Assembly: GCA_051362555.1 (NCBI GenBank) | Contig: CM120643.1 | Coordinates: 16,496,848-16,560,847, forward strand | Direction: 5' to 3' | Length of the DNA: 64,000 nt | DNA from: Lingula anatina | Taxonomy: Eukaryota > Animalia > Brachiopoda | Shown: in pieces, positions 1 to 38,100 of the stretch | Layout of the letters: the number at the start of each line of letters is the position of its first letter | How positions within the stretch are numbered: the first letter of the stretch is position 1 | Made by a program: the position numbers and the translations under genes | The notes under the pieces: model-generated | What the model was told of the DNA's origin: nothing | The model's database searches: none | The model's input: only the letters and a program-made list of their open reading frames with translations

Positions 1-25722
<25,722 letters not shown>

Positions 25723-26105
25723 TTTCAATGAATATCTGACATGAGATGAATTCAATTTTTATCCAAGTTTAAGACAAATGCGTGACTCGAGGGGTACACA
25801 TCGTCGTGGATGAAAATTGGAGTTTCGAAGTGTCCGCCATTTTCAATCGTGCACAAAAAATAATGAAGAAGTGGCGGAATATTTACTGCATTGCCATCTT
25901 TGTTTTTGAAAAAAAAATATGTTTCTTTACAAAAAATCTGGCGTGAATATAGTTTTTATTCTCACTTATCAATGGTGTGTAAATGTTTTATGTTATGGTG
26001 ATTTTTAAGTCAGTAATTTGTTCCATACCCTGCCTAATTTTAGGAATACCTAATTATATCCCGTCATCCTCCGGTAAAGATGTCGCTGTCGTGAAGGTAC
26101 ACAAA
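25723..26105. promoter_or_regulatory. Probable bidirectional promoter between RTTN and ankyrin/SOCS gene 1
   Basis: The genes diverge and CpG is locally enriched. YY1-type motifs occur at 25834-25843 (CCGCCATTTT) and ~25893 (GCCATCTT). A plus-strand donor GTAAGT at 26106 pairs with an acceptor at 26626, upstream of the ATG at 26676. Confidence 0.55.
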
Positions 26106-26675
26106 GTAAGTTTTCTGCAATCGATCCCTAAATATCTCGTTATTTCCACGTTATCTTTAGTTTTCTAACAGGCATTACGTTGCAGTTTATGTGAGGATTG
26201 ACATATTTTGTTTTTGACGAGCTGTCACAAGTTGGAATGGTTGCTTTCTCAAGTAACAGGCATGACCATACTGGTACCGTGGACAGTTTAGTCCATTCAT
26301 AAATATAGAAATTTCTGTTTTTATGGTCCATTGAGTGATAAGCTCACTTTTTCCCCAATGATTCCCCAAGACCACGGGAGGGGACTCTAGAACATACACA
26401 GGTCACGGTAGGAGGACAGGGGTATTTTGTAAAGATCCAAAAAATATTTTTATCTAAAATCCTGACAGCTAAAAAAAAAAAAAAAAAAAAAATAGTGACC
26501 AAGGCCTAAATCTCACCATCACCCTCCAAGTTGGTCAATATTGCATTATTTACACTGATTGTACACGGTATGTGTACTCTTTTTATTTACTTGTTTATAC
26601 ATTTATTTATTTATTTACTTTTGTAGTGTGAAGTTTCAAACAGAATACCCACTGCAATTACCAGTATTATGGAAC

Positions 26676-29600
26676 ATGCCCACTCAAACTGGAAAGACGG
26701 CTACTACAGTAAGACCCAAGACAGCCACACAAAGAGAAAAAAGTGTAAAAACCACAACATCCACGGCAAAGACACCGAAAGTCACAGATAAAACATCAGT
26801 TTCTGCTAAGAAATTAGAGCCTAATGGGGAAGTTGATCTAGGGAAAGAAGGGATAAATCCCAGCAAAACCCAGCATGTACGAGATGACAGCACACAGGTT
26901 ACAGGGGACATTAATAAGGAAGATGCTACCCAGGTGCAAGAAGGGGACATTGCAAGAAAGAAGCCCCCTGTTCAACCCCCTAAAGCCACAGAATTCTTCA
27001 AGCTAATTCGTGAAGGGAACCACAGGAAACTAAAGATATTATTGAGGAAAAGAGATGTTGATGTCAACTGGGTAGATAAAAATGATCCCCTGCAACCACC
27101 AGGGATTCTACTTGCTTGTGAAAAAAATAACCTTGAGGTAGCTAAAGTACTTTTACAGCCAGGAAATAAAATGATACCTAATGTCAATCTGGAAGATAAG
27201 AAAGGCAAAAGGGCTGTTTGGTGAGTAAAAAAACACAGATTGCCCTTTACTATCAGGCATGTCCTTTAGATGTACGGTAAATAACTTAAATGATGGTTTA
27301 AGTAGTAACAGACTCGGACTGACAGTTTGTTCAAAAACTTTTAGATGTAGGTTTTGATTCAGTGTTTTCTGTTTGCAGAAGTAAATGCAAAAAAGCAATT
27401 TTCACAGTAGCCTATATTTGTTACTTTTTACACTGACTAGCTTATTTTACTCTAAATTCTGCAGCAAAACCAGTTCCTTGTTATATTGACTATTGACTTA
27501 AGTATGATGCAATACATTTCAATCATTTAAAAAGGTGGGCTGCAATGCATGGTAATGCAGAGCTTGTTGACCAGCTGCTGATTCATGACTGTGATGTTGA
27601 TATTCTGGATAAAGAGTCAGGTAGGAGTTTCTAAAAAAATATACTTTTGTTTATTTATTTATTTATTTATCATATTTTACATTATACTCACTGTTTCACT
27701 CACTGTTTCACTTGCATTCAATTTATCTTTTCAACAATTTACCAAGCATATCCTTTTTAATAAGTATTGTTTTTCTACCCCTTGGGCAGGTTTAATAAAA
27801 ATATTTCCTATTTTTAAACTTATGCCTGTAATAAACTAGTGGTAGTCCAGATTCTGTGATTGCTGATCTGGAAGGGACCTCTGAAACATCAGCATTAAAT
27901 AGATATTAAAGTTGTTATAAATAATCAAATTCTTCTTTATCCATCTTGAGTTAAAAAATTACTGGGAATTTCCCTGTAAGCATACTCACAATAGAAATGA
28001 ACTTCAAGTGACCTCTGAAATTCAGAGTTTATTCATCCAAGCAGACAAAACAGCCTGATAGAGAGCAGCAAATATGGATGCTTGACTTAGGAGTTACTCT
28101 CTGACCACAGGGTCTGCTATTACGTAGTCTGTTACAAAATTATTGTATCACACCCTGTGGGAACTGAGATGATGAACAGGAATGTGATCCTCACCTGACA
28201 TACCCCCTATATGTATCAGTGGAGGTGATTTCACACCTTGGTGTTGAGTTGCACACATCCCTGTCTATTACGCATAGCCTCATGCTGACTTGCTCTGAGC
28301 TGAGGAGCACACTTGTACTGGTAGAACATATCTTTACTACTTAAATTAAATCTATTCCAGGCACCACACCCCTTTACAGGGCCATCCTCAGCAATTCTGC
28401 CAAGGTCTGTCAGCTTCTGATCCATGCTGGGGCCAATGTGAACTTGAGGATACTGGGGTTTAATGTGGGTGGGGAATCACCACTCATGAAGTGAGTCATT
28501 TCTATTTCATTAAACAGACCATGTTATTAGCCTACTCATTTGATCTTGACATATTGTACCTTTTTGGATAATTTATTGTTTTACCGGAGGAGATACCATT
28601 GTCAAAGAAATATGTATATTTAAAATTTAGTTATTTGAATATTTTATTTTACATGCTGGTTATACACTGGTTATATTTAAAAATGTCTTCTTAATGTTTA
28701 TGTTGAAATTTGAAGATGTTTCTGTTGTAACTCCTTGACTTCAGAGACAAGTGAATGCATACATTGGGTGATTTTTTATTGAATATTTTTTTAAATTTTG
28801 GCATATAGGTTTCTCATTTTGGAAAATTATTCAAAATACCTTTCATCTGTTGTTTAATTGTCTTCATTATCTTGATTTTTTCTCTGCTATTTCAGATGTG
28901 TTCAGTTAGACAACAAAGAAATCTGTGAAGTCTTAATCAATTCCCTGTGTAATCTCAATGCCAAGACAGACACCAGGTACAACGCTCTTCATTACGCAGT
29001 GGCCTACAGAAGGTACGACATTGCCGAACTTCTTCTGACCAACCGTATACATATGCATACAGCATCAGTGGAAGGTGTAACGCCAATGACTATAGCAGTA
29101 GATCAACACAATGCAGCAATGTGCCGCATACTTGTAGAATTTGGCTATAATATGCAGAAGAAGTACAAATGGGGCGAGACACCCCTGCAGCATGCTATCA
29201 AAATCCACAGCGAGAACTGTGCAATAACTCTAGTCCACATGGGTTGCAAACTGAAACGTCCTAAGGAAGAGAACTCCTATTTCTACTTGGCTGCCTCTGA
29301 GGGACTTTTCCAGCTGATGAAGTTGTTGCAAGAAATCAATCCATACTATATATATGAAAAGTGGATCTTGGAGCGCAACCTACCCCTTTCTCTGTACCAG
29401 AAGCCAGAACTGTTTGAATGGTTATTTGCCAAATCTAGTCAACCTGCGTCCCTCTCTGCCCTGTGCCGTTCTGTTATACGGGCCGCCATTGGGTCGTATC
29501 CTTCCACACAGGTCCTGGACCTCCCACTGCCAAAGAAGCTGCAAGAATACCTGGCCCTGAATGAGTATGTCAATGAGGAGATGTATAAGAAAATTCCTTT

Positions 29601-29838
29601 AACAAAGAAGGAATGCCCATTTGATTGTCCTAGCTACTGTCCAGTTACTGCCAGGAAGTGTCCGTTTTTGGATATTGAGGGCATAGATTATGTGGACTCG
29701 GATGAGGAGGAGGAAAGCTGTGCAGGGCATGGGACAAAAGATGGGCACCTGGAGTCACCCAAAGTGAAATCAATTATTAATAGTAAAGAGAAGGATGCTT
29801 TGAAAAGGGGAGGGACTCCTCGTAGGGTGTCTTTTTAA
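26676..29838 (+). CDS. Ankyrin-repeat and SOCS-box (ASB-like) protein, 4 coding exons, ~567 aa
   Basis: Exons 26676-27220, 27535-27620, 28361-28490 and 28896-29838 splice in frame (1704 nt). Ankyrin motifs: GKRAVWWAAMHGNAELVDQLL, GTTPLYRAI, GESPLMKCV, YNALHYAV, GETPLQHAI. SOCS box: PASLSALCRSVIR...LPLPKKLQEYL. The N-terminus is a T/K-rich low-complexity region. Confidence 0.88.
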
Positions 29839-30302
29839 ACTTGAACATGGGAGTGAGAAAAAAATGAATCAAGGGCACTATGAAAATAATACTTTGAATT
29901 TATTTTAAGGTATTTCATCAGTACCATTTAAGTTATAACAGTGGCAAAGGGAAATAGCGAATTGTGCAATTTTTTGTAATATCTTTTAATATTTGGCCAA
30001 AAACACTTATTCCTTGATAATATAGGGTTCACAAACATGTACCATTTCTTCTTTTCTTTGCATTTTTGAAGCCATTCATATTTGATAATATGTTATCACC
30101 TAAGTATGGATGGCCGACTGACTCTAAGGACATATTTTCAATGGTCACACTATTTGACAATAAATGTCCCTCTGAAGTGAGTGAAGAATGACAATATAGG
30201 GGCAATTTATACCACTTTCAGAAAACTGATGTTTTTGATAAGAAAATCCAGGGAGGTTGAAAGGATTTTTAAATTAGCTTTAATTTTTACTTATAGTTTT
30301 TT

Positions 30303-30668
30303 AATTCTACACATACCAGTTCAAATGTGTTCATATTTTAAGTTGAAAGGAAAATTATTTTCCTCCATGTACCCACCAGAATGTATTTGTGCTGTTTAAC
30401 ATTATTAAGAATTGAAAAAGCGTAAGAAGACGTACAAGGTTTTTTTCTTATAGAATATTTTATGTCATTGTTATACAAACATTCTTTTAATTTTTAAATT
30501 CTACGCATACCAGTTCAAATGTGTTCATATTTTAAGTTGAATGGATCAGTGTAAAGGAAAATTATCTTTTTCCATGTACCCACCGAAATGTATTTGTGCT
30601 GTTCAACATTTTTGAAAATTGAAAAAGTGTAAGACCTACAAGATTTTTTCTTATAGAATATTTTATTT
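30303..30668. repeat. Diverged tandem duplication of a ~170-195-bp unit in the 3' region of the ASB-like gene
   Basis: AATTCTAC(A/G)CATACCAGTTCAAATGTGTTCATATTTTAAGTTGAA...CCATGTACCCACC...TCTTATAGAATATTTTA starts at ~30303 and again at ~30497. Confidence 0.85.
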
Positions 30669-32087
30669 CGTTATACACTCATCCTTTTTTACAAATAACA
30701 AATTTAGCAAGATTTTACATTTTCTTCTATTTTCACATTTTATATTGAAAAAGAATTCAACAGATATACCCACCAATATGCAATTAATTTTTTTAATGAA
30801 AAAAAACCTTTATTTTCATTACTATGAAAATTGAGTTAATATAACTTTAACTTTGATAACACTTCGTTATAACCTTGTTTTTGATGATCACATGTAAACT
30901 TAAGTGATTTGATTCATATTATTACTGTTAAAATGCAGGGTACAATTTTAATTACAAGCTGAGCTATATTCATTTCAATTTACAATGAGTATCTGTATAT
31001 TGAACTCCCACCAGACACATGTATGTTTTCAACATGTTTCATATTGAGGTATTTATATTATTTGATTAAGAATAAATTAATTGAAGACAAATGTTCCACA
31101 GTTTGAGTTTTTTTCTAATCATATCCACACTACCTGTGAAATATATATTCTGTGTGCGAATGTTAAAGAAAATCCAAACTGCTTGTTTAATTTCAAAATT
31201 AAAGGCCTTTAAATTATACAATTTGCCGTTATTAAGCTTACTTAATATCTATTGTTGTTGTTTTTATTATAAGTTGGGTGCTCTTTTCTTTAAAATGTTT
31301 AGTGTGGAAAATGACCAACCAAAACACTTGACTGAGAGTACATAACACTAATTGACATAGTGTTAGTGAAAAGCATATAAAAGTATCAGGCCAATAATTA
31401 AGATTTCTAACGTGTAACTACCACTTTCGAGTCCTCCACCTAAAAGCACCAGCAGTGCTTTCAACACACTTATGAATGCAACTCAGATGAAAACTTGCGC
31501 CTGAAGGACTAGCTGTTACAGATTGATTATCATGTTCCTAAAGATGCCAAACTATCAAGTACTTCACCTTCATCTTTTTTCATGAAAAATAAATTTTGGC
31601 TCATTATAAATTATTAGTCCTTTTCCTTCTAGCTTCCACTTCATCACTTACGTTTCCTTCAATCAGTGTTTAAAGGAGCATCACAGGTTACAGCCCTATT
31701 GTAGGCCTTATAAACTGCTTCAACTCACCCACCAACCAACCCAAGCATTTTTCTCAAAAATCTTAGATAAAGAAAGTGAGAACAAGTATTCAATGATTAA
31801 AAAGCTCTTCCAGGCTTCTGAGACGTCTGCATGTAGCCTCAGCAACTTTTGTTATTCATTTATTGCATTAATGGAGACCGTGCACAATACACTATTTATG
31901 CAAATAAATTAAAATAAAAAATGAACCCGTTCAGTAAGTAACTTTATTTCATTTAGTACCATTAACCATTGATCCATATCTTTTTTTACCTATTCAAAGG
32001 CACACCACTTACATTAACCAGCTTTAGGATGCTTTATGGACATGAGTGACAGCATTTATTTATCAAACATCCCAAAAGTGAAGTCTA

Positions 32088-35068
32088 CTATATCAAGTCA
32101 ATATCACTGTCATCATCATCATCATCATCATCATCAATCACAAGACTAGAAAATTTATTCTCTACATCAGCATATTTCACCCTCTTCTTTTCAACATCAG
32201 GAGTTTTTGACCTTTCCTCCGAGTCGCTGTCCTGGTTCATTAACATTTTCTCTTCTCCAGCTTTTTTCTTAGGTGTTTTCTTTTTACTTTTCTTGGCACT
32301 CATCTGTGACACGTGCTGAAAATAACCAACAATGGGCAAAGAAGATAGGACTTTTTCAGAAAGTTCAAAATAAAACTCCGATATGGGACCAGCCCTTCCT
32401 AAAGTCTCACTAATAAACAAATCTGGATTGGGTCTGACTTTGAGTTCTTGATAGAAATTGTATGCAAATGTCCCATTGAAAATCAATGCAGGGTGAATCT
32501 TGTGAAAAGGCTCTACCAGTAATTGGTTCAAGTATGTCACAGCTTGGAGACAGGTTTGATACTGAGCAAAACCATGAATAACTGTTGAACTAAAGGGGTG
32601 AGCCGTACTGTGCTGAGGGGCTGCCATGAACTTATGTAATCTTTCTTGGGCAGTTCTTAGAGTGGTCAGTTTGATGTCCATCTCCAGGCTGTCAACATAC
32701 ACACAGGCATCAGTGGACAGTGGGGGACTGGTCCTACTCTTCTGGATCTTTGACTGGGCAACTCTCTTTCCCTTGCCTTTTGGTTGTTTGATTTGTGGAA
32801 GTTCTTTGAGACCTGCTCTGATGCAGGTTAGATCTATTACAGCTGAAAAGATAAGCAAACAATAATTAACATATCTAGAATTAATTTGACACTAGTTGGA
32901 AGATACTTGATAGAAACAATCAAAGGCAGATCTCTTTAAGTCAATCAGTTAAATAATATTTGTCAACTATCTTTTTATAATTAAAAAATAAGCAGAGGAA
33001 AATAAAAGAAATGTTACCGTACTTCAACAGACTTTATAAACTGCAAATGTCTTACATCTTTAATGGATGAATAAAATAATGAATAAAAAAAAATCTACCT
33101 AGTTTAATAAGAGTCACAAGCAGCACACTGACATGGAGCTGGGTCACTCTGGGGTGTGCATTCATAATCCAGAAAACCATGCCCCTTAGGACCAGCTGAA
33201 ACATTTCTGCCACCTCATCCAACCTCTCTATTCCAGTCTGCTGTAAGGAGCTGACCAGTAGGTCCCTTCTTTCCTGACAGCTCAGTGCTGGAATGGAACT
33301 CAGTGATGGGAGAGGTCCATATTGTGGTATTTCAAACATTGGCTCAACTGGGATCTTTCTCTGTGACTTGTTTTCTCTGTCATACTCAACGATATATGCA
33401 ACACTTGATACATCTTTGTCATTGTCTGATGAATCCTTTACTAACTTCTCATTGGTCATTACATCCTCTGTTGATTTTGTAATACTAATTTCTTTATTTG
33501 CCCCTTTATTGATATCATTTGTCTGGGTGCTTTCAGTTATTTCTTTGTTGCAGTTCTTATCATGAGTTAGTAATAAACCATATATAATTTGCCTGAGTTT
33601 TCTAGAACATGTATAAGAGCTTGATTGTTTCATGTCCTCAACCTGAGCCAATAAAAAAATTCGATGAAGAGAAACAGCATTCAGCATTAACTTGGGAACC
33701 CTGCTGGATCTAAACTGTTCAGCAAACCAAGCTGGCAAAATACACTGATCATAAGTCAGTAGATGTCCCAACTCTTTTTCAACAGGACTGCTGAAAAAAT
33801 CTGCCAGTTTTGTTGTGGGATTAGTGTAATTTTCCACAGATTTTTTTATAATCTCAGTAACTTTGTCTCTTTTATCCTTCTGAATATGAGGGAGCAGTTG
33901 GTTTGTAATGCGTTCCACAGTACTGAAGTTCTTCATCCACAACATAAGTCCAATAATTTTGCTATGCCTCTTATTGGTAAAAAAGTCATGCTTGGACCCT
34001 TTTGGAAGAGGCACCTGAGCAAAGAATGTTTCAAACACCCTGCTGTCAACAAAGTCATTCCCTAACAAAGCTGCCAATACTGGCAATGCTACTGTATGTG
34101 TACAACTAAAATGTTGCAAGAAGTTGTGAACCCTGTAAATACGGGCTCGAAGATATTTGCATTCTTTTTCTTCTCTGCTAGCATCCACACAGCCTCCCAG
34201 CATCCCATGCCCTCCATCAGAATCAACATCAGGTTCATTATACACTTGTACATTGAGATCTATGTGGTCAAATGGTATGTAGCCACAGTGAACATCAAAT
34301 ACATAAAAGTCACTGTCATTGCTGACCACTGGGCAGTTCCACTCATTGGCTAAAGCAGCTATCTGGTCATCAGCCTCGAAGTCACATGTCAGGTGGGAAA
34401 TGTCCAGCTCAACAAGGACATCACGGAACACTTCATAGGCCAGAATAGGAAGTATTTTCCCTCGCATGCCTTGGGAGATGAAGCCTGTTAATATGATAAA
34501 ATGTAATATGCATAAAAAATATGATTTATACTATCATTTAAAACATTTAAATAAAAAGTTTTTAAAATGTATAATAAAAAAAGATTATTTTTGGATCACA
34601 TGAATTTGACTTCAAAAACTGAATAAAATATAAATTTATTTTTTAACATATTACTCTTCCAGCACATAAAAAGTTTCTCTAAATTTCACAAAATTTCATT
34701 CTACAGGATTAAGAGATTAACATAAAATGACAGGTACATTTAGAAAAAGTCCTTCATTTACCTGCAAGATGAATTCGCTCCTGGGATCTCCTCAGGGTGG
34801 TACGTAGTTTTCTATCATCACTCTCATACCCTCCATCGAACACAACAACAGGAGAAATATTACAGGTCCGCAAAGTGTTAAAGAAGTCCCGTATATTCTT
34901 TGCAAAAGTATCATAATCTCCACCACAGTGATAAGGAATTCGATAATTGTAGTGAAGGAAATGATACAAGTTGTTTCCGTCTATGATAATCTTTGTGTCA
35001 TGGAGTTTGTGTTCCTGGAGAAGATGGGGGTTATCTTGAATGAAGGAGGAGAGGCCATGTATCCCCAT
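32088..35068 (-). CDS. ASTE1: Protein asteroid homolog 1 (XPG/FEN1-family PIN-domain nuclease), 3 coding exons, ~815 aa
   Basis: Exons 34762-35068, 33099-34484 and 32088-32842 splice in frame (2448 nt). Motifs MGIHGLSSFI, IIIDGNNL, GGDY, VVFDGG, EADDQIAALANEWNCPVVSNDSDFYVF and LLGND are asteroid/XPG-N signatures with the acidic active-site residues intact. The C-terminal K-rich then acidic tail includes NKFSSL. Confidence 0.92.
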
Positions 35069-35153
35069 CCTTGCTGGATATGAGGGTTGATCATCTGGCT
35101 GAGCACATCACTGGCTGTATTCAGGCATTTCAAAATGTGAACTGAAATAATAA

Positions 35154-38100
35154 CTAGAGGATCAGAGAGGCGATACCGCCTCCGAATATTGTACCACCAG
35201 CTGGAGCAAGCGCATTCGTATAGTCCCCACATACGCAAAATAAGGGACACAGCCACCAGTCTTATGCTTGACAAGCTGTAAAAATGCAAACAACAAGAAT
35301 TTTCAAAATACGCAAAAAATATATATAACTTAAAATGGTACAATCAAAGTTAAGTTCATTGTAAGGTAGGTCAACGGTCAATTTCAAGGTCACAGTAAAT
35401 TTCCAGTATATGACTTCCTATTCAACTTCAATAGTAACTATGGACCTATCTCTGCCAGGTTTGGAGTTAAAAGAGAAAGAAATTAGCAGAGTTCAGTTCA
35501 TGTTTATAAGTAGGTCAAAGGTCAATTTCAAGGTCACACTTAGATTGCCAGTATATGACTTCCTATTCAAGTTCAATAGTAACTATGGACCTATCTTGCT
35601 AGTTTTGGAAATAAAAGGGAACCAAAATTTGCAAAGTTCAATTCATGATAAAAAGTAGGTCAAAGGTCAATTTCAAGGTCACATTTAGATTGCCAGTATA
35701 TGACTTCCTATTCAAGTTCAATAGTAACTATGGACCTATCTCTGCCAGTTTTGGAGATAAAAGGGAACCAAAATTTGCAAAGTTCAATTCATGATAAAAA
35801 GTAGGTCAACGGTCAATTTCAAGGTCACATTTAGATTGCCAGTATATGACTTCCTATTCAACTTCAATAGTAACTATGGACCTATCTCTACAAGGTTTGG
35901 AGTTAAAAGAGAAAGAAATTAGCAGAGTTCAGTTCATGGTGAAAAGTAGGTCAAAGGTCAATTTTAAGGTCACATTTAGATTGCCAGTATATGACTTCCT
36001 ATTCAACTTCAATAGTAACTATGGACCTATCTCTGCTAGTTTTGGAGATAAAAGGGAAGCAAAATTTCCAAAGTTCAGTTCATGGTGTAAAGTAGGTCAA
36101 AGGTCAATTTCAAGGTCACATTTAGATTGCCAGTATATGACTTCATATTCAAGTTCAATAGAAACTATGGACCTATCTCTGCCAGTTTTGGAGATAAAAG
36201 GGAGGCAAAATTTGCAAAGTTCAGTTCATGGTGAAAAGTAGGTCAAAGGTCAATTTCAAGGTCACAGTAAGATTGCCAGTATATGACTTCCTATTCAAGT
36301 TCAATAGTAACTATGGACCTATCTCTGCCAGTTTTGGAGATAAAAGGGAACCAAAATTTGCAAAGTTCAATTCATGATAAAAAGTAGGTCAAAGGTCAAT
36401 TTCAAGGTCACATTTAGATTGCCAGTATATGACTTCCTATTCAACTTCAATAGTAACTATGGACCTATCTCTGCCAGGTTTGGAGTTAAAAGAGAAAGAA
36501 ACTAGAGGATCAGAGAGGCGATACCGCCTCCGAATATTGTACCACCAGCTGGAGCAAGCGCATTTGTATAGACCCCCACATACACAAAATAAGGGACACA
36601 GCCACCAGTTTTGTGCTTGACAAGCTGTAAAAATGCAATCAACAAGAATTTTTAAACTATTGCAAAAAATATATATGGTACAATCAAATTTAAGTTCTTC
36701 GTAAGGTAGGTCAAGGGTCAATTTCAAGGTCACAGTAAATTGCCAGTATATGACTTCTTATTCAAGTTCAATAGTAACTATGGACCTATCTCTGCCAGGT
36801 TTGGAGTTAAAAGAGAAAGAAATTAGCAGAGTTCAGTTCATGCTAATAAGTAGATCAAAGGTCAATTTCAAGGTCACACTTAGATTGCCAGTATATGACT
36901 TCCTATTCAATTTCAATAGTAACTATGGACCTATCTCGCTAGTTTTGGAGATAAAAGGGAACCAAAATTTGCAAAGTTCAATTCATGATAAAAAGTGGGT
37001 CAAAGGTCAATTTCAAGGTCACACTTAGATTGCCAGTATATGACTTCCTATTCAAGTTCAATAGGAACTATGGACCTATCTTTGCCAGTTTTAGAGATAA
37101 AAGGGAAGCAAAATTTGCAAAATTCAGTTCATGGTGAAAAGTAGGTCAAAGGTCAATTTCAAGGTCACAGTAAGATTGCCAGTATTTGACTTCCTATTCA
37201 AGTTCAATAGTAACTATGGACCTATCTCTGCCAGTTTTTCAGATAAAAGGGACTAAATGTTATAATTTGGGAGTTACCATAAAGTGCCATACATTTCCTA
37301 CAGAAAAAATTAATTAAAATAAAGAAAAGGTCATTTTGGTCAAAATTCTTGAAATGGGAGGTGCTCTGAAGTTCCAGGTGTTCAAATTTGATGAAATAAT
37401 GTCATTTTTGACCACAAGTTGTCTGCTTTGCCAAGCCTTATGTATTTTTTTTCCGGAGTTCAAAATTTATTATCCATTACCGTACTGCACATTTTGCTTT
37501 CACCACCAATATGTATTTTTTGATACAGCGTAACTTTAGAGATAAAAGGGAAGCAAAATTTGCAAAGTTCAGTTCATAGTGAAAAGTAGGTCAAAGGTCA
37601 ATTTTAAGGTCACATTTAGATTGCCAATATATGACTTCCTATTCAAGTTCAATAGTAACTATGGACCTATCTCTGCCAGTTTTGGAGATAAAAGGGAAGC
37701 AAAATTTGCAAAGTTCAGTTCATGGTGAAAAGTAGGTCAAAGGTCAATTTTAAGGTCACATTTAGATTGCCAGTATATGACTTCCTATTCAAGTTCAATA
37801 GTAACTATGGACCTATCTCTGCCAGTTTTGGAGATAAAAGGGAAGCAAAATTTGCAAAGTTCAGTTCATGGTGAAAAGTAAGTCAAAGGTCAATTTTACG
37901 GTCACATTTAGATTGCCAGTATATGACTTCCCATTCAACTTCAATAGTAACTATGGACCTATCTCTGCCAGTTTTGGAGATAAAAGGGAAGCAAAATTTG
38001 CAAAGTTCAGTTCATGGTGAAAAGTAGGTCAAAGGTCAATTTTAAGGTCACATTTAGATTGCCAGTATATGACTTCCTATTCAAGTTCAATAGTAACTAT

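Noticed and set aside
28168-28303. Possible intronic C/D-box snoRNA (ATGATGA ... CTGA)
   Set aside because: There is no terminal stem and no guide complementarity I can recognise. Such short boxes occur by chance.
32626-34353. Plus-strand ORFs overlapping ASTE1, and similar antisense ORFs over the ASB genes
   Set aside because: They are antisense shadows of real coding exons with no independent domain signal.
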